Made by a program: the position numbers and the translations under genes. A model generated the notes under the pieces. The model was not told where the DNA came from and searched no databases. It saw only the letters and a list, made by a program, of their open reading frames with translations. From an uncultured virus (IMG/VR IMGVR_UViG_3300030685_000002) (Duplodnaviria > Heunggongvirae > Uroviricota > Caudoviricetes), in IMG/VR virus record IMGVR_UViG_3300030685_000002: a DNA stretch of 23,985 nt; one strand, 5' to 3'. Within the stretch, counting starts at the first letter, position 1; every line of letters starts with the position of its first letter. Positions 17,517 through 23,985 of this stretch are shown one piece after another.

Positions 17517-19152
17517 TTTCTTCTTTTTGCTTAGGGATATAAGGTACCTGTGCATCAGCATCAGCTAATGATACTGTTTTCTTTTCAACAAGTTCTTTCT
17601 TTACTGGATTCAATTCATCAAGAATGACTTGTTTACGAATAGCAATACGATCCTTACGTTTGTTACATGTAGCCGTATGTTCTTCGACAATCTCCCCAAA
17701 CTTATCTGAGTAAAAGACATTAGAAATGTTTGAAAGGATATTCTGTACATCTGCATCATGAGTTACTTCTGTTCCAACAATACATTGTTTGATAAAGCAG
17801 CGTTTCAATGTAATAATATCCTCGGGTAACATGTTTTGTATGTTTTCCATGTAAGACAAATCTTTCTTGAATTTTGTTCTTATCTCTTTTAATTTACTGT
17901 TAGAAGCCATATAGAATATGACAGCCATAAAAGCAGTTTCTTCAATAGGAAGTAGTGGTGTACTTATCTCACGATAGTTACTACCGGAAATAAGACTTCT
18001 AAGATCAGCATTAATCTTTTCCTCTTTGATTTCCTCTTTACGAACAAGGTCTTTGTCAAGCTTTATAAGTTCCGGATGAACTGTTCCTGCAGCAGCAATA
18101 TCTTTTTTGGTAATCTTTGCTTTTATATAAAACATCTTATCACCACCAGACCATGTATCAAGCCCGTAAACAGCTTCAAATCCTTTCTTGACCATTTTAT
18201 CATGAAAGGATAGATCATCGCTCTTATCATGCTCAAAATCGTATTCTTCGGTACTAAACACTACAACTGGTATATGCAATTCTTTCAGCTTATCAAGAAC
18301 CCGATTACTTGTACCTAATGAACGAATCATAATAGTAGTATCTTCTTCATGTGCAAGAATAATATTGTTCATACGATGTTCAAAGATTTTATCATCATAA
18401 CAGAAGCTATTAGTACAAGAATTGATTTTGTAGTCCGGGAATAAAGAACCATGGATAGAAGTACAAAACTGACAAGTAATACACTCAGCCAAGCTAAAAG
18501 AAGCATTGTCTAAGTTCTTTGCAAGATTTTGTATTTTCGATTTTAAATCTTTTAGATTAAGATCATTCCACCGATAGTAATCACTGGCTTCTTCGCTATA
18601 ACGAGTTTTGTAAATATCTAACTGAATATCTTTGTCAAGCTTACATAATTCATAAGCATGAGAAATGGATAATTCATTTTCATCAAACATTTTTACAAAC
18701 TCAGCAATAAGCTCAAGCAAGCGTATTCTATGCATTACAAATAGAACCGGCTTACCAACCTTTACAGCAATATCTTCACCAGTCCAACCTTTGTTATTGA
18801 GGTTAGCAAATGCCCGCGCTTCATCCATAGGTTCGATATCCTGGCGTTGTAAGTTCTCAATGATCATTGCATCCAGTACTTCTTCATCATCCATTTCTAC
18901 AATGATACATGGCATTGTTGTCATTCCAAGATGACTACATGCACAATAACGACGATAACCCATGATTACTTCATAAACATCATTTGTTGGATAATCATCT
19001 TCTTCAATTTTACGTACAGTAATAGGCTGCAACAACCCTACTGATTTAATACTTTGTGATAACTCAATTATAGAGTCTTGGTTTATTGTTTTCCGAGGGT
19101 TTAACTTGGACGCAACAATATACACTAATGGAATTTGAACAATTTCATTCAT
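17482..19152 (-). CDS. parB: Long ParB/RepB/Spo0J-family protein
   Basis: NPRK, ELSQSIKSVGLLQPITVR, GYRRY (GxxRxxA), IENLQRQD, HTH region, then a CxxC..C...C cluster and extended C-terminus. Confidence 0.85.
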   Translation of the reverse strand: MNEIVQIPLVYIVASKLNPRKTINQDSIIELSQSIKSVGLLQPITVRKIEEDDYPTNDVYEVIMGYRRYCACSHLGMTTMPCIIVEMDDEEVLDAMIIENLQRQDIEPMDEARAFANLNNKGWTGEDIAVKVGKPVLFVMHRIRLLELIAEFVKMFDENELSISHAYELCKLDKDIQLDIYKTRYSEEASDYYRWNDLNLKDLKSKIQNLAKNLDNASFSLAECITCQFCTSIHGSLFPDYKINSCTNSFCYDDKIFEHRMNNIILAHEEDTTIMIRSLGTSNRVLDKLKELHIPVVVFSTEEYDFEHDKSDDLSFHDKMVKKGFEAVYGLDTWSGGDKMFYIKAKITKKDIAAAGTVHPELIKLDKDLVRKEEIKEEKINADLRSLISGSNYREISTPLLPIEETAFMAVIFYMASNSKLKEIRTKFKKDLSYMENIQNMLPEDIITLKRCFIKQCIVGTEVTHDADVQNILSNISNVFYSDKFGEIVEEHTATCNKRKDRIAIRKQVILDELNPVKKELVEKKTVSLADADAQVPYIPKQKEENEYVKFGNIGE

Positions 19153-19182
19153 AATAAAATAAATATAGATTTGTTTGTGCAG

Positions 19183-19503
19183 TTATAGCACAGAGGAAAT
19201 ATCAAATGAGGAAATGTTTGATTCTAAAATACGAATGACTTTAAAACCTTTGCTTTTACAAAAATCATCTTTGACAATTTCTGCTTGTTTGACATTTATA
19301 GAAAGACTAATATTGATAATTATATTTTTATGTGGAATATAAAAATTTGCCATGTAATAAGTTATATCATTAGGCACTTTATATTTATATTTAAAATCAA
19401 TATTAGACATCATTAATTTACTCAATAAAAGTTGTTCTGCTTTAGAACCATATTTAATTGAATTGAAAACATATTTATCAATTAATTCTTTATTCATTGA
19501 CAT
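19183..19503 (-). CDS. Degenerate DUF559/Vsr-like endonuclease
   Basis: SKAEQLL...YYMANFYIPHKNIIINIS...KDDFCKSKGFKVIRI matches the DUF559 scaffold; DF reads NF and IEvDG reads INISL. Confidence 0.6.
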   Translation of the reverse strand: MSMNKELIDKYVFNSIKYGSKAEQLLLSKLMMSNIDFKYKYKVPNDITYYMANFYIPHKNIIINISLSINVKQAEIVKDDFCKSKGFKVIRILESNISSFDISSVL

Positions 19504-19547
19504 ATATTACTCTCCTATTTTATTACACATATATTTGGGTGAAGAAA

Positions 19548-20333
19548 TCATGCATACTTAATTAAACTAAAATTGGATATAGAATATATATTACTGCTTT
19601 GTATGTAATACATATAATTTATTTTTCTTAAATAGCCACTATTACCATTTTTCTTATATTCAATTTGAATTGATTTATCTTTTGATTTAGCTTTAATACC
19701 AGTAAAAATAAGATTTACTGACTTATTTATTACATTTTTACTCACTAACTCTTTGATATAAAAAATGGCTTTGTTTTTATTTACATTTGCAATTTTAGAA
19801 ATGCTATCATAACTCAATCCTATTAATTCATTTGGAATATTCACTGCATACTTATATAATTTTTTCATTGCTGTTTTTCTTTGTTTATAAGAAACTTTAC
19901 AATTCTTCACCGTATATATTGTATCATTGATAAATGAAATTTTATTGATATGGTCAATAATAACTGTTTTTTGAATAAGAGATTTTATCTGATTATTGTT
20001 ATAAAGAGATTCTTTTGAATTGAAATCAAGACGAATAATTAATTCTTTTTCAGAATACATTTTATTAGCTATTAATTTTCCATTTTCAAATCGAATATAT
20101 TTATATTCAATACCATTTTTTATTATTCTCTTAATCTTGTCATGTCCTAAATGAAATTGCTCTTTTAGCTTAGAGTATTTTATACTTTTATCACTAGAAG
20201 AGCAATCCATTAGACAAGATGAAACATACATACCTTTTATCTGAATAGCAAATGCTAAAGCTTCCAATCTACTCTTAGATTGTACTGCCAATTTAGCTTG
20301 TGATATAGATAATTTTATTGTACGCATATTCAT
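19548..20333 (-). CDS. Basic protein with HTH-like motifs, possible replication initiator/regulator
   Basis: YSKLKEQFHLGHDKIKRII and LSYDSISKIANVNKNKAIFYIKEL are HTH-like; very Lys-rich and AT-rich. Confidence 0.5.
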   Translation of the reverse strand: MNMRTIKLSISQAKLAVQSKSRLEALAFAIQIKGMYVSSCLMDCSSSDKSIKYSKLKEQFHLGHDKIKRIIKNGIEYKYIRFENGKLIANKMYSEKELIIRLDFNSKESLYNNNQIKSLIQKTVIIDHINKISFINDTIYTVKNCKVSYKQRKTAMKKLYKYAVNIPNELIGLSYDSISKIANVNKNKAIFYIKELVSKNVINKSVNLIFTGIKAKSKDKSIQIEYKKNGNSGYLRKINYMYYIQSSNIYSISNFSLIKYA

Positions 20334-20346
20334 TAATTATTAAACG

Positions 20347-20441
20347 CAAAAAACCCCGAAAGGGAGTGACATTCCTTCGGGGTCTTAAGTGTATCAAAAG
20401 GGTACTACCGAATGTTCATTCGATAGTCACTCCGATTGAAC
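20347..20441 (-). promoter_or_regulatory. Structured 5' leader / attenuator with terminator
   Basis: Minus-strand terminator ACCCCGAAGG...CUUUCGGGGU followed by a U-run (20383-20348). Its GUCACUCC (20370-20363) is complementary to upstream GGAGUGAC (20433-20426). Second hairpin ACUAUCGAAU-GAAC-AUUCGGUAGU. Confidence 0.75.
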
Positions 20442-20444
20442 ACT

Positions 20445-20477
20445 GCAAAGAAAAGACAATTCTATAAGTTTACCAAA
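20445..20477 (-). promoter_or_regulatory. Probable Bacteroidota sigma-A-type promoter driving the leader
   Basis: Minus strand TTTG (20477-20474), 20-nt spacer, then TTTCTTTGC: one mismatch to TAnnTTTG, with canonical spacing. Confidence 0.55.
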
Positions 20478-20488
20478 CAATTCGCTAA

Positions 20489-21103
20489 TTATTTGTATTC
20501 TTTAATAGAAAGTTTTTCCAAGATATGCTCCACAGTAGGGTTTAAAGCTACTGTAGAAGCCATTTCTTTATCAAGTAAGGAATAATACGCTTTTGCTTGA
20601 ATAAGTAGTTCCTGAGCATGTCCTTGTCCTTCTTGATGGCTATCGATACTGTAGATAGTCGCCCAACCAGGTCCTTCACCAAATGTAGCAGTACAACTTT
20701 TGTATTTTACTACTGTTAGTTCCATTCCTAAATGATTACCTGGAGCAATGTACAATTTTTCTTCTGCAAACTGATTGAATACAAAATATCGAATTGTTCC
20801 ATCAGCTAAGATAACTGGCATCATACCAATGATAAACACATCAGAACGTTTCTTTGTCCAATAACTCAATGACACTTCATTATTGATAAATACAGCCATT
20901 TTGAAATCATGTGGATTTTCAATATCGAGTTCAAAAATAGTATTCCCATCTTTAAATTTACGTTCATAAGAAAGAACTTTCAATTTGAACCGTTCGCATT
21001 TACATTCGAGAAAGATACTACCAAGCTCAATGTCATTTGACATGTGATTACCTTTCAATACTACAAAAGCATTTTCAATATTTACGTCTTTCATGCTATT
21101 CAT
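20489..21103 (-). CDS. Protein with C-terminal GNAT-like acetyltransferase domain
   Basis: ATIYSIDSHQEGQGHAQELL resembles GNAT motif A (Q/RxxGxA); ALNPTVEHILEKL resembles the C-terminal N...K motif. Start may be 21094. Confidence 0.5.
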   Translation of the reverse strand: MNSMKDVNIENAFVVLKGNHMSNDIELGSIFLECKCERFKLKVLSYERKFKDGNTIFELDIENPHDFKMAVFINNEVSLSYWTKKRSDVFIIGMMPVILADGTIRYFVFNQFAEEKLYIAPGNHLGMELTVVKYKSCTATFGEGPGWATIYSIDSHQEGQGHAQELLIQAKAYYSLLDKEMASTVALNPTVEHILEKLSIKEYK

Positions 21104-21554
21104 CCTTTTTCATCAATGAATCAAATACTCCTTCTTTCAATAAACCTTGTTCACTCATTTTTATAACGAGTTGAGAAGCAAACATCATATCATATCTGTT
21201 TTTCATTTCAACAGAATAATTATTAGCAAGTTTTTCAATCAATTCTTTTTGACTATTGTAATTTGAATTATACTCAAATTTTTCAGCAATATATTCTGCA
21301 ACACTAATCATTGCCGAACTTCTACTTGATTTTAATTTACCAGTTTCAATAAAATCAGCAGTTGCTTTATTTGCCATTGCATCAAATGATTCAATAACTT
21401 TTTTACTTGCAATTTCACCAACTAATCTTACATGTCCTTCTAATAAATTTTCTGTGATTTGTTTTGAAAGACTTTGTATAATTTGATGTTTTATTTCATC
21501 AACAATATAAATATTTTCAATCCAATTATCTTCTATTTTTACAACAAATTCCAT
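21096..21554 (-). CDS. Hypothetical helical phage protein (152 aa)
   Basis: Operon tiling. Confidence 0.65.
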   Translation of the reverse strand: MEFVVKIEDNWIENIYIVDEIKHQIIQSLSKQITENLLEGHVRLVGEIASKKVIESFDAMANKATADFIETGKLKSSRSSAMISVAEYIAEKFEYNSNYNSQKELIEKLANNYSVEMKNRYDMMFASQLVIKMSEQGLLKEGVFDSLMKKDE

Positions 21555-21564
21555 AATGATATTT

Positions 21565-22458
21565 TTAAAGATTATATTCTTTTACTAAGAACTCAGACCA
21601 AGCAATGTTCTGTCCAATAATATTTGGAAAATCAGTTTGCCCGGGCTTATACAATTCAGTAGAGATATTGTAGATATCCCACAAACTCATATTCGTAGAA
21701 TCACGCTTAATACATTCCAATAGATAGTTCTCAACAAATGTTGAAATCTGTGTTTGATTAAGAGGATAATTTCTACCTACATTTGCTTCAAGTTTCTTCA
21801 ATGATTTTTCAGAAGAATCTTTTACAACACGTATAGTATTCAACCGGCCAATAAGCGCCATAGTATCGTTGTAAGACACTTCAATTGCTTTCATGCGCGA
21901 TATTACCTTTTGGTCATGTGAACGTTGCTCAGTAAAGTTCTGCATCCAATCATCAATGATTTGAAATACTTTGTCCAGGTCTTTAATCTTGCCATCTCCA
22001 CCATAAGTAGAAATCATTCTGTCAGCTGCAAGAATACATTGGTTATGACAAATCTTTACGTTAGGGCCAATAGCTATCTGAATTCCATCTTGGTGAAATG
22101 CAACTGCAAGACCGGTGTTCGTTTCATCATCTTCCAAATCATTAATCCGGATAGTAGTAAATACGCGACGAAGAACATGCGCTTGAATAGAATTATCTCC
22201 ATACTGAGCTTCTAATTCTTTTGATACTGATACACCATCACGACCGGCCTTTTTGTTGTTAGCGGCAAAGATTGACTCAATATTGAAGTTGATATTGTTT
22301 TTTGCTATTATAGCAGCAATACGTTCAATAAGTTCATAGTGATAGATACCATTGAAAGAGGGTTTACCATCGAAGTTTTTTTCATGATATGTTTGTTTTA
22401 GAACATCAAGTTCCATTTCTTGAACATTGTTTGATTTAAAATCGAATATTTTACTCAT
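21565..22458 (-). CDS. DUF932-like phage protein
   Basis: IQIAIGPNVKICHNQ (C.N motif) and SLWDIYNISTE (W..YN..T) resemble DUF932/DUF945 proteins. Confidence 0.55.
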   Translation of the reverse strand: MSKIFDFKSNNVQEMELDVLKQTYHEKNFDGKPSFNGIYHYELIERIAAIIAKNNINFNIESIFAANNKKAGRDGVSVSKELEAQYGDNSIQAHVLRRVFTTIRINDLEDDETNTGLAVAFHQDGIQIAIGPNVKICHNQCILAADRMISTYGGDGKIKDLDKVFQIIDDWMQNFTEQRSHDQKVISRMKAIEVSYNDTMALIGRLNTIRVVKDSSEKSLKKLEANVGRNYPLNQTQISTFVENYLLECIKRDSTNMSLWDIYNISTELYKPGQTDFPNIIGQNIAWSEFLVKEYNL

Positions 22459-22696
22459 GATTTATTTTTATTATTGAACCTGTATTACTATCAACTAAGA
22501 TACTTTTTACAGTTTCATTTGATTCATTTTTAATTTGAATAAATTTACTTCCTTTTGTAAATTCTAGAAGTCCTTTTGATACTGCATCATTTTGAAATGT
22601 GTTTGATTCCCAATATGAATAAAACATATTTCTAATTTCATCCATTCCCAATCCATCTTTAAAAAGAGAATAATTAATTTCTATTGCATTATTCAT
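22451..22696 (-). CDS. Hypothetical protein (81 aa)
   Basis: Overlaps both neighbours by 4-8 nt. Confidence 0.55.
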   Translation of the reverse strand: MNNAIEINYSLFKDGLGMDEIRNMFYSYWESNTFQNDAVSKGLLEFTKGSKFIQIKNESNETVKSILVDSNTGSIIKINHE

Positions 22697-22884
22697 ATTA
22701 TATGAACTTGAAAATTATCTTCACAAGGCTCTAGGAACCCATTACGTCCATCTTCTTCCATATTACGTAGAGCAAGACGTTTTGCACATTCACGTTCTGT
22801 TTCATCATTTGCTTTACGTTGACGTGCTTCTTCATGAGATATGTAATACACTTTGCTTACTACAATTTTATACGCGTTTTCCAT
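22693..22884 (-). CDS. Hypothetical protein (63 aa)
   Basis: ATGA overlap with the downstream gene. Confidence 0.6.
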   Translation of the reverse strand: MENAYKIVVSKVYYISHEEARQRKANDETERECAKRLALRNMEEDGRNGFLEPCEDNFQVHII

Positions 22885-22888
22885 TTAT

Positions 22889-23107
22889 TTATTTTTGATT
22901 TAATTTCCATTCATTGTAACCAAGGTTGAAAGCAACCGGATCATTGTCTTTTAATAGTTATCCATAGTTATCTCTTCTCTTTCGCATTATGCCGGCAATG
23001 ATAAATTCATCATCCCCGAGAGATTCACCAAGCTCATTCAGATACTTTACGTAATCCTTTTTAGTATTAGGAAAACGTTTTGGTACATTACCATCAATCT
23101 TACTCAT
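22889..23107 (-). pseudogene. 72-codon gene interrupted by an in-frame TAA at codon 50
   Basis: MSKIDGNVPKRFPNTKKDYVKYLNELGESLGDDEFIIAGIMRKRRDNYG*LLKDNDPVAFNLGYNEWKLNQK*; internal stop at 22960-22958. The read-through frame fills the gap between neighbours. Confidence 0.65.
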
Positions 23108-23297
23108 TTTCTTGTCTTAAAAGAGCATCTGCATATTCAAATGATAATTTTGCAACATCTTCTGAATGTATTAAAGTATCATCACCTCTAAGAAATCCTT
23201 GCATTGCCATTGTAGCAATAAATAATCTTTGAGACATTCCAAGACCATATCCTAATGATGGACAAATTGGTTTTTGTCCTAATTTTTCTTCTTCCAT
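23100..23297 (-). CDS. Small conserved phage protein (GMxxR..A..AMQG...ADA type)
   Basis: GMSQRLFIATMAMQG...VAKLSFEYADALL; TAATG overlap with the helicase stop. Confidence 0.7.
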   Translation of the reverse strand: MEEEKLGQKPICPSLGYGLGMSQRLFIATMAMQGFLRGDDTLIHSEDVAKLSFEYADALLRQENE

Positions 23298-23985
23298 TAT
23301 TTTTGAGTATTTAATTCATTAAACTTCATAGTACCGAAATCAACTATCCATCGTTGGATAGCTTTAGAGTCGTCAGACATATCACCATCTCTATTCTTTG
23401 CTACCTCAGCAATAAGCATATTCTTTAAAAGCTTTTCTCTTTTTACAAACATAGAAGTACCATTTGAATTGATACAATTGATATCCGGAAGAGAAGAATG
23501 CTTTTTGATAAGATCTTTATGCATGCCCGGGTTATTCAATAGAATAATACCATTGGCAACATCAGCAAAACGAGTGGTTCCTTTCATGTGACTAAGCTTA
23601 GGACGATAGGCTTCTTCGAAATTATTCTTACTCTCCATTTCCTTTGTCATGTGGTGCAAGAATATCACAATAGCTTTATGTCCTTTCTTATCGGCATTGT
23701 TTACGATAGCGCGAATGCTGGCCGCAACCTTATCTTCAATTTGAATTTGGTTGGAACCGGCTGGGCTGTTATACAAATCATCAATAAGCATGATATTGTC
23801 AATAATCAGAAAACATACTTTCTTTTCTCTTTTCTTTATGAATCGATTGAAAGTACGTGATATGGTTGACATTGTTTCTTGCTCATTTACAAAATCTATA
23901 TCATACTTAGAAAACTTGTTTATCTCTCCTGTAACGGACTTTAATTCGTCATTGGATAGTTTGTACCCTTTACCTTGCATTTGTG
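23297..23985 (-). CDS. dnaB: DnaB-like (SF4) replicative helicase, C-terminal part (5' truncated by window)
   Basis: Walker B FLIIDN, VIFLHH, RPKLSHMKGT..FADVA (cf. RP.LSDLR.SG.IEQDA), arginine finger AKNRDG; the frame stays open to the window end. Confidence 0.8.
   Translation of the reverse strand, partial: QMQGKGYKLSNDELKSVTGEINKFSKYDIDFVNEQETMSTISRTFNRFIKKREKKVCFLIIDNIMLIDDLYNSPAGSNQIQIEDKVAASIRAIVNNADKKGHKAIVIFLHHMTKEMESKNNFEEAYRPKLSHMKGTTRFADVANGIILLNNPGMHKDLIKKHSSLPDINCINSNGTSMFVKREKLLKNMLIAEVAKNRDGDMSDDSKAIQRWIVDFGTMKFNELNTQK

Noticed and set aside
19134..19173. Plus-strand TAGATTTG as an antisense promoter
   Set aside because: The nearest upstream TTTG is 28 nt away, and such 8-mers are common in AT-rich DNA.
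8235..23860. Short plus-strand and off-frame ORFs in the minus-strand block (e.g. 13888-14238, 14753-15082, 21925-22215)
   Set aside because: They overlap well-supported genes and have no recognisable features.
1..23985. Stop-codon reassignment (TAG/TGA) as in some crAss-like phages
   Set aside because: The long genes are intact in the standard code, and TAG (11257, 21096) and TGA (9832, 16533) end genes at sensible junctions.

Overview
AT-rich segment of a Bacteroidota-infecting tailed phage, most like the crAss-like (Crassvirales) lineage. The assignment comes from motifs and gene layout, not from a database search. Bases 1-8033 (+ strand) hold two giant, almost cysteine-free proteins typical of virion-packaged, co-injected proteins; the second has an ADP-ribosyltransferase-like insert, a HExxH zincin domain and a C-terminal hydrophobic segment. 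A bidirectional terminator at ~8035-8080 separates them from a dense minus-strand block (8217 to >23985). That block encodes a DnaB-like helicase, DUF932-like protein, GNAT-like protein, HTH/replication-like protein, degenerate DUF559, ParB, an amino-MTase, a Rad50/SMC-like ATPase, a RyR-domain protein, a DUF2829/Tad2-like protein, an SSB-like protein, a Cas4-like nuclease, RusA, two MazG-like proteins and DUF551. The best novel signal is a ~40-nt element that occurs twice, directly upstream of the two adjacent putative anti-defence genes (RyR-domain and Tad2-like). Both copies have an identical 11-nt core exactly 14 nt from the start codon and pseudoknot-like pairing, making it a candidate immune-signal-responsive RNA switch or cassette site. 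Other notable items: a reciprocal terminal-cysteine pair in the two giant proteins, a switchable attenuator leader at 20345-20480, two apparently dead enzymes, a TAA-interrupted gene and strong CCGG enrichment.
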